A DNA stretch of 64,000 nucleotides. Origin: Candidatus Saccharimonadota bacterium (GTDB lineage Bacteria > Patescibacteriota > Saccharimonadia > Saccharimonadales > UBA10212). Below, in pieces: positions 58,555 to 64,000 of this stretch. The position numbers and the translations under genes were made by a program. Numbering within the stretch: position 1 is the stretch's first letter; each line of letters starts with the position of its first letter. Location of the stretch: positions 343 to 64,342 of the forward strand of contig JALHRM010000003.1 of assembly GCA_022841445.1 (NCBI GenBank). Reading direction: 5' to 3'. The notes under the pieces were generated by a model that saw only the letters and a program-made list of their open reading frames with translations, was not told where the DNA came from and searched no databases.

Positions 58555-59862
58555 ATGATTGACTTGCAGTTTGTCCGTGACAATCCAGAGTTGGTGAAAG
58601 AAAAATCCGCTCAAAAAGGGTACACAGTCGATATCGACCGCTTACTTGAGCTTGATAAAAAACGTCGTGAGTTAGTTGGTATAATCGAAGAAAAGCGTGC
58701 TCATCGCAATGAGCTTTCGTCCGCGGCGAAGGGTTCCAGGCCAACACCGCAGCAGATTGAACAAGGCAAAAAACTCAAAGATGACATAGCCAAATTTGAA
58801 GTCGATCTTCAGCCCGTTGAAGCAGAACTTGTTTTACTGCACAAAAACGTGCCAAACATGCCACTGGATGGTGTTCCAATCGGCGCTAGCGAAGATGAAA
58901 ATGTTGAGATAAAAGTCGTTGGAGAAGTTCCACAGTTTGATTTTCAACCAAAAAGCCATGCCGAACTTGGTGAGCTCAACGGATGGATAGATAAAGAACG
59001 AGCCGCAAAAGTAGCCGGTGCTCGTTTTGCCTACCTAAAGGGCGACCTGGTCAAGTTGCAATGGGCGCTGATGCAGTTTGGCATCGACGTGCTGACTGAC
59101 GAAGACACCCTCAAGAAAATTGCGGAAGATGCTGGAATTAGAGGTGTGAGCACCAAACCATTTGTTCCGGTGTTGCCGCCGCTGATGATCCAAACTGAAC
59201 TATACGATGCCATGGATCGTTTGCAGCCAAGTGATGACCGTTACAAAATTGAAGGCGAAGAACTGTGGCTGCAAGGCAGCGCCGAGCATGTGCTTGGTTC
59301 GATGCATGCCAACGAAATATTCGACGAAGCTGAACTGCCTATTCGCTACGTCGGCTACGCCACTAGTTTTCGCCGCGAAGCGGGAACATACGGCAAGGAC
59401 ACCGAGGGCATCATTCGCATGCATCAATTCGATAAACTGGAAATGGAAAGCTTTACTACCAAAGAAAATTCGCTTAAGGAACATCTATTTATGGTTGCTA
59501 TACAAGAATATTTGGTCGCTCAGCTAGGGCTGCCATATCACGTGCTAGAAAAATGCACTGCTGATATCGGTAAGCCAAATGCCAAAGGTGTTGATATCGA
59601 AGTATGGATGGCCTCTCAGGGCAAATACCGCGAAACACATACTGCCGACTACATGACTGACTACCAAGCACGCCGACTCAAGACAAGAGTTCGACGAGCC
59701 AGCGGAGACATTGAACTTGTTCATACCAATGATGCAACTGCTTTCGCACAGCGGCCGCTTATCGCTATTTTGGAGAATAACCAAACCCTAGAGGGAAAGG
59801 TAGTAGTCCCCGAAGTATTACAAAAATATTTAGGAGGCAAACAAGAGTTAGGTCAAATATAA
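58555..59862 (+). CDS. serS: Serine--tRNA ligase
   Basis: MIDLQFVR.N, coiled coil, FRREAG..GKDT.GIIRMHQFDKLE and ILENNQ. Confidence 0.97.
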   Translation: MIDLQFVRDNPELVKEKSAQKGYTVDIDRLLELDKKRRELVGIIEEKRAHRNELSSAAKGSRPTPQQIEQGKKLKDDIAKFEVDLQPVEAELVLLHKNVPNMPLDGVPIGASEDENVEIKVVGEVPQFDFQPKSHAELGELNGWIDKERAAKVAGARFAYLKGDLVKLQWALMQFGIDVLTDEDTLKKIAEDAGIRGVSTKPFVPVLPPLMIQTELYDAMDRLQPSDDRYKIEGEELWLQGSAEHVLGSMHANEIFDEAELPIRYVGYATSFRREAGTYGKDTEGIIRMHQFDKLEMESFTTKENSLKEHLFMVAIQEYLVAQLGLPYHVLEKCTADIGKPNAKGVDIEVWMASQGKYRETHTADYMTDYQARRLKTRVRRASGDIELVHTNDATAFAQRPLIAILENNQTLEGKVVVPEVLQKYLGGKQELGQI

Positions 59863-59872
59863 AGGAGGTTCT

Positions 59873-60241
59873 ATGATCAAGCGTATCGAAATATCCGGCG
59901 TTCACTACGATGTAAGTGATGATCTCAAAAAGTATACTCGTCGCAAAATTGGCAAGCTTGATCGTTATTTGCCTCGAGCTGCACGTCAATCCGCCCACCT
60001 TGAAATAAAATTCCAAGAAAGTAAAAAGAAAGATAAAAAACACTGCGCCTGCGAAGTAACGCTGCATCTACCAAACGAAACTATCAACGTTCATGAAGCA
60101 ACTGTTAATATGTTTGCGGCAGTTGATATTATTGAAGCCAAGCTCAAAAACCAGATTAAACGCTATAAAGACAAACATGCTCCAGCTCGCCATCGAGCTA
60201 TTATCCGCAAAGTTGCCAGCGCCCTCAAGCAAGGAAACTGA
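59873..60241 (+). CDS. hpf: Ribosome hibernation promoting factor (RaiA/HPF, short)
   Basis: I.G....VSD.LK.Y...KI.KL.RY and MFAAVD....KL..QI.RYK.K; lies upstream of secA. Confidence 0.9.
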   Translation: MIKRIEISGVHYDVSDDLKKYTRRKIGKLDRYLPRAARQSAHLEIKFQESKKKDKKHCACEVTLHLPNETINVHEATVNMFAAVDIIEAKLKNQIKRYKDKHAPARHRAIIRKVASALKQGN

Positions 60242-60379
60242 ACGGAAATTTCCCCCTGGGGCACTTTTTATAACAAAATACGCCTATAGGCAATGATTCT
60301 ACCGCTATTATGCGGTACAATATAGAAAGCTAAATGAAATAAGTGAGGAAGGTGCCGTAGCTACAGGAGTGGTTTGATT

Positions 60380-62989
60380 ATGAAAAAAATAGTGAAGAAA
60401 ATTCTTGGTGACCCTCAGACAAAAACTATTAAGCGGTTGCGCAGGCGCGTTAAGCAAGTGAACGCTCTGGCGCCGAAGTATGAAAAAATGTCTGATGCCA
60501 AGCTGAAATCTCAGACTAAAGAGCTAAAAGAGAAGCTTGCCAAAGGCGCTGATCTGGACAAAATTCTACCTGAAGCGTTCGCTACCGTTCGTGAAGCTGC
60601 CAGTCGCACTATCAAACAGCGACACTTTGATGTGCAATTGATCGGCGGTATGGTGCTACACGAAGGCAATGTGGCCGAAATGAAGACCGGGGAAGGCAAA
60701 ACTTTGGTTGCCACGCTCGCGGTGTATCTCAATGCGCTGAGCGGAAAAGGCGTACATGTCGTGACGGTGAACGACTATCTGGCGCAGCGTGATGCCGGCT
60801 GGATGTCCGAAATTTACCACTATCTTGGGCTGTCAGTCGGTGTGATTATTCCGGAAGAGTCATATGTTTTTGATCCTGAGTATGTCAACGAAAGCCACTT
60901 TGACAAGCGTATGCAGCACCTGAAACCAGCGACTCGCCAAGAAGCCTATGCCGCCGATATCACCTACGGCACCAACAACGAATACGGTTTTGATTACCTG
61001 CGCGACAACATGGTGCGAGAAGCCGACCAGCTTCGTCAGCGGCCGCTTAACTACGCAATCGTTGATGAGGTTGACTCTATTCTTATTGATGAAGCTCGCA
61101 CACCACTGATTATTAGTGCGCCGGCTACGGCTAGTGGCGCCGCCTATGCTCAGTTTGCAAAAGTAGTACGTCCTTTGAAAGAACATGATCACTACGAAAA
61201 AGACGAAAAACGTCGTAGCGTTGTACTGACCGACGCTGGTATCGACCAAGTAGAAAAAACACTTGGAGTCACTAATTTGTATAGTACCGATAATATCCGC
61301 ACCATCTATCACCTAGAGCAAGCCCTTAAGGCTCAAACCCTGTTTAAGCGTGACAAAGACTACGTTGTTACCAAAGAAGGCGAAGTGGTGATCGTAGATG
61401 ACTTTACTGGTCGTTTATTACCCGGCCGCCGTTACAACGAAGGTCTTCATCAGGCCATAGAAGCCAAAGAAGGCGTCGAAGTTCAGGAAGAATCAATGAC
61501 GCTGGCTACCATTTCATTCCAGAACTATTTCCGCTTGTATGACAAATTAGCCGGTATGACCGGTACGGCCATGACCGAATCCGAAGAATTTCACCAGATT
61601 TACAAAGTAGACACTGTGGAAATTCCGTCTAACCGAAAAATTGTTCGTGACGACCGCTCCGATCGTATTTACAAAACTGAAACAGGCAAATACAAGGCGA
61701 TCACCAACGAAATCAAGCGCTTACACGAACGTGGCCAACCGGTTTTGATTGGTACTGTCAGTGTCGAAAAGAACGAACTGCTAAGCAACATGCTCAAAAA
61801 GGCCAATGTACCTCACGAAATTCTGAACGCCAAGAATAACGAACGTGAGGCAGCAATTGTAGCGAAAGCCGGCGAAAAAGGTGCTGTAACCCTAGCGACA
61901 AACATCGCCGGACGAGGAACAGACATTGTTCTAGGCGAAGGTGTTAAGGAACTGGGAGGCCTATTCGTGCTTGGATCAGAGCGACACGAATCTCGCCGTA
62001 TCGATAACCAGTTGCGTGGTCGAGCCGGTCGACAGGGCGACCCTGGTGTCACGCAGTTTTATGTGTCTTGCGAAGACGACCTGATGCGAATTTTCGGTGG
62101 CGAACGCATCGCCACTATCATGGATCGGCTAAAAGTTGATGATGAAACACCAGTCGAAAATCGCATCATCAGTAAATCTTTAGAAGGCGCCCAGAAAAAA
62201 GTCGAAGGTTTTAACTTTGATACCCGTAAGCATGTTGTGCAATATGACGATGTCATGAACCGCCACCGCCGCGCCACCTACAGTTTGCGCCGCGAAATAT
62301 TGGAACGCAGTGACATCAGCTACCGCGTAAAGCAGTTTATCGACGAAGAAGCTGACTACATGACAAACCATCCAGAAGCAGCCAGTGAGGAATTTGAAAC
62401 GTTCCTTACGGAAGTATTTCCACTCGACGAACCTGTCTTAGACAAACTGTTTGACACGGAGGCCAGCAAGTTCGGTGCAGCACTAAAAGCCGAGGCTCAT
62501 AAACTGTATAAAGAGCGTGAAGAGCTATTCGGCGCTCCGACTATGCGTAAAGTCGAACGTGACATCTACTTACAAATTCTTGATAACATGTGGATGCAGC
62601 ATCTTGAAAACATGTCACATCTAAAAGAAGGAATTCACTGGATAAGTGTCGGCCAGCGTGACCCATTGGTCGAATACCGCAAGCAAGGTCAGCGGATGTT
62701 CGAAGAAATGCAAGGGGAACTACGTCACGAAATTATTCGTTCTATCTTCCACGCTCGACCACTCAGCGAAGAAGAAATGCAGCGCAGCGTCGAAACAGAA
62801 TTAACCAGAGCGGCACGATCTTCAGTTGATAATGCCGATCAGATCACAGAAGCTGAAATTATTGATTCGACTGACTTTGTACCAGAAAAGGTTGAAAAAG
62901 CAGCCCAGGCTCATTCAGCAAACGAACGTCGTAAAGTACGAAAGGCCGAGCGGCAACGCAAGGCTAAAGGCAAAAAGCGTAAAAAGTAG
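60380..62989 (+). CDS. secA: Preprotein translocase subunit SecA
   Basis: EMKTGEGKT, VDEVDSILIDEARTPLIIS and RRIDNQLRGRAGRQGDPG; no C-terminal Zn finger, basic tail instead. Confidence 0.98.
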   Translation: MKKIVKKILGDPQTKTIKRLRRRVKQVNALAPKYEKMSDAKLKSQTKELKEKLAKGADLDKILPEAFATVREAASRTIKQRHFDVQLIGGMVLHEGNVAEMKTGEGKTLVATLAVYLNALSGKGVHVVTVNDYLAQRDAGWMSEIYHYLGLSVGVIIPEESYVFDPEYVNESHFDKRMQHLKPATRQEAYAADITYGTNNEYGFDYLRDNMVREADQLRQRPLNYAIVDEVDSILIDEARTPLIISAPATASGAAYAQFAKVVRPLKEHDHYEKDEKRRSVVLTDAGIDQVEKTLGVTNLYSTDNIRTIYHLEQALKAQTLFKRDKDYVVTKEGEVVIVDDFTGRLLPGRRYNEGLHQAIEAKEGVEVQEESMTLATISFQNYFRLYDKLAGMTGTAMTESEEFHQIYKVDTVEIPSNRKIVRDDRSDRIYKTETGKYKAITNEIKRLHERGQPVLIGTVSVEKNELLSNMLKKANVPHEILNAKNNEREAAIVAKAGEKGAVTLATNIAGRGTDIVLGEGVKELGGLFVLGSERHESRRIDNQLRGRAGRQGDPGVTQFYVSCEDDLMRIFGGERIATIMDRLKVDDETPVENRIISKSLEGAQKKVEGFNFDTRKHVVQYDDVMNRHRRATYSLRREILERSDISYRVKQFIDEEADYMTNHPEAASEEFETFLTEVFPLDEPVLDKLFDTEASKFGAALKAEAHKLYKEREELFGAPTMRKVERDIYLQILDNMWMQHLENMSHLKEGIHWISVGQRDPLVEYRKQGQRMFEEMQGELRHEIIRSIFHARPLSEEEMQRSVETELTRAARSSVDNADQITEAEIIDSTDFVPEKVEKAAQAHSANERRKVRKAERQRKAKGKKRKK

Positions 62990-63044
62990 CATCTGACACT
63001 TAAACGCTGCAGTAAAAAATATAAACAAGGCCATCCCCACGTAA

Positions 63045-64000
63045 ATGAAACACACGGTAGAACAAATTAAACTTAGTAACGGTGCTGAAGGATTATTTAT
63101 CCATGTTCCTAGAGCGAGAGTGATGAGTTACGAGTTTAATTTCCGAGCCGGAGAATATTTGGTAGAACGTGATAAATGGGAGGTGCCGCACCTTATGGAG
63201 CATGTCATCCTTGGTGCCAATAAGCGTTACCGCGATGCCCGCGGGTTCCAGGCGGAGTTGCAAAAAAACGGCGCATATACCAACGCATATACTAGTTACT
63301 ATTCAGTCAGCTATGTAGGTGAAGTCGCCGATGTGGAATGGGATCGAGTTATTAGGCTACAGTTATTAGCGCTGGCGCAGCCGTTATTCTTACTAAAGGA
63401 ATTCAAGGCAGAATGGGGAAACATTCGCGACGAGCTAACAGCTTACTGCAATAATCACTTTAGGCATCTTGGTGGTGAACTGGGCAAAACATTTGGTTTT
63501 ACTAATCCAACTGACGCCGAACGCATCAAGCTAATGAAGTCGGCAGTTCGTAAGGACTTAGTCGAACACTGGAAGCGTACGCATCTAGCTGCCAATATGC
63601 GCTTTGTGATTGCCGGTAACTTACGTGGTCGTCGTGATAAATTGAAACAAATTATCGAAAATTGTGGATTACCTGCGGGCACTGCCCGATTTGCTTTGCC
63701 GGCAGAAACTGCTAAAAAACCTGAAAAGCCCGTCTACATTCACAACGAAACTGTACCAAATATGTATTTATATATTGATAGCTACGCCAGTGATATTATC
63801 ACCCAAGAAGAAGACGATGCACTTAGCCTAGCCAGGATAATGCTGACCGAAACACTTCATTCGCGTATTTTTGGGCAAGCACGCGAAAAAGGCCTAGTTT
63901 ACTCTGTGAATTCTAATCACTACTACGCGAGTGCGTATTCCGAATGGTGGTTGTCTGCGCAAGTTATCGCTGCTAATGCACCGGCGCTATGCGATATTAT
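63045..64000 (+). CDS. M16 (insulinase) family zinc peptidase, 3' truncated by window end
   Basis: Translated by hand: MKHTVEQIKLSNG...FRAGE...PHLMEH (HxxEH)...NAYT. It is absent from the ORF track because there is no stop within the window. Confidence 0.9.
   Translation, partial: MKHTVEQIKLSNGAEGLFIHVPRARVMSYEFNFRAGEYLVERDKWEVPHLMEHVILGANKRYRDARGFQAELQKNGAYTNAYTSYYSVSYVGEVADVEWDRVIRLQLLALAQPLFLLKEFKAEWGNIRDELTAYCNNHFRHLGGELGKTFGFTNPTDAERIKLMKSAVRKDLVEHWKRTHLAANMRFVIAGNLRGRRDKLKQIIENCGLPAGTARFALPAETAKKPEKPVYIHNETVPNMYLYIDSYASDIITQEEDDALSLARIMLTETLHSRIFGQAREKGLVYSVNSNHYYASAYSEWWLSAQVIAANAPALCDI

Noticed and set aside
552-63682. Numerous 60-160 aa ORFs overlapping or antisense to the long genes in the ORF track
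   Set aside because: These are shadow frames of well-supported genes, with no motifs or independent start signals.
1-64000. Alternative genetic code (TGA=Gly) as in Gracilibacteria/Absconditabacteria
   Set aside because: Core genes are full length under code 11, and several end at TGA at their expected C-termini (proB, lysS, hpf).

Overview
64 kb chromosomal segment from a small-genome bacterium, most consistent with Patescibacteria/CPR and probably Saccharibacteria (TM7). This assignment is an inference from gene content and style. TGA is used as a stop, so genetic code 11 fits. The housekeeping backbone is parA-parB, lepB, an LCP protein, htrA, rpmE2-prfA-prmC, rpsB-tsf-frr-uppS-rseP-proS, greA with a class I LysRS, an ABC exporter, msrA, an OmpR-type two-component pair, a SAM-I riboswitch with metK, two FKBPs, DnaQ-GIY-YIG, rlmD-like, rsmE, serS, hpf, secA and an M16 peptidase. 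The window opens inside a surface protein of more than 2450 aa built from five beta-propellers and a phage-fibre-like C-terminus. The most notable items are: (1) a heliorhodopsin homologue that has lost both the retinal-binding lysine and the counter-ion; (2) a dispersed class of strongly lysine-depleted orphan or divergent proteins inserted singly between core genes, which are candidate host-directed effectors; (3) the giant propeller fibre, with three identical 80-bp repeats; (4) an unannotated 36-aa cationic peptide gene; (5) widespread leaderless or short-leader promoters. I saw no tRNA, rRNA, CRISPR array, transposase or integrase. All calls come from motif reading by eye; no database searches were run.
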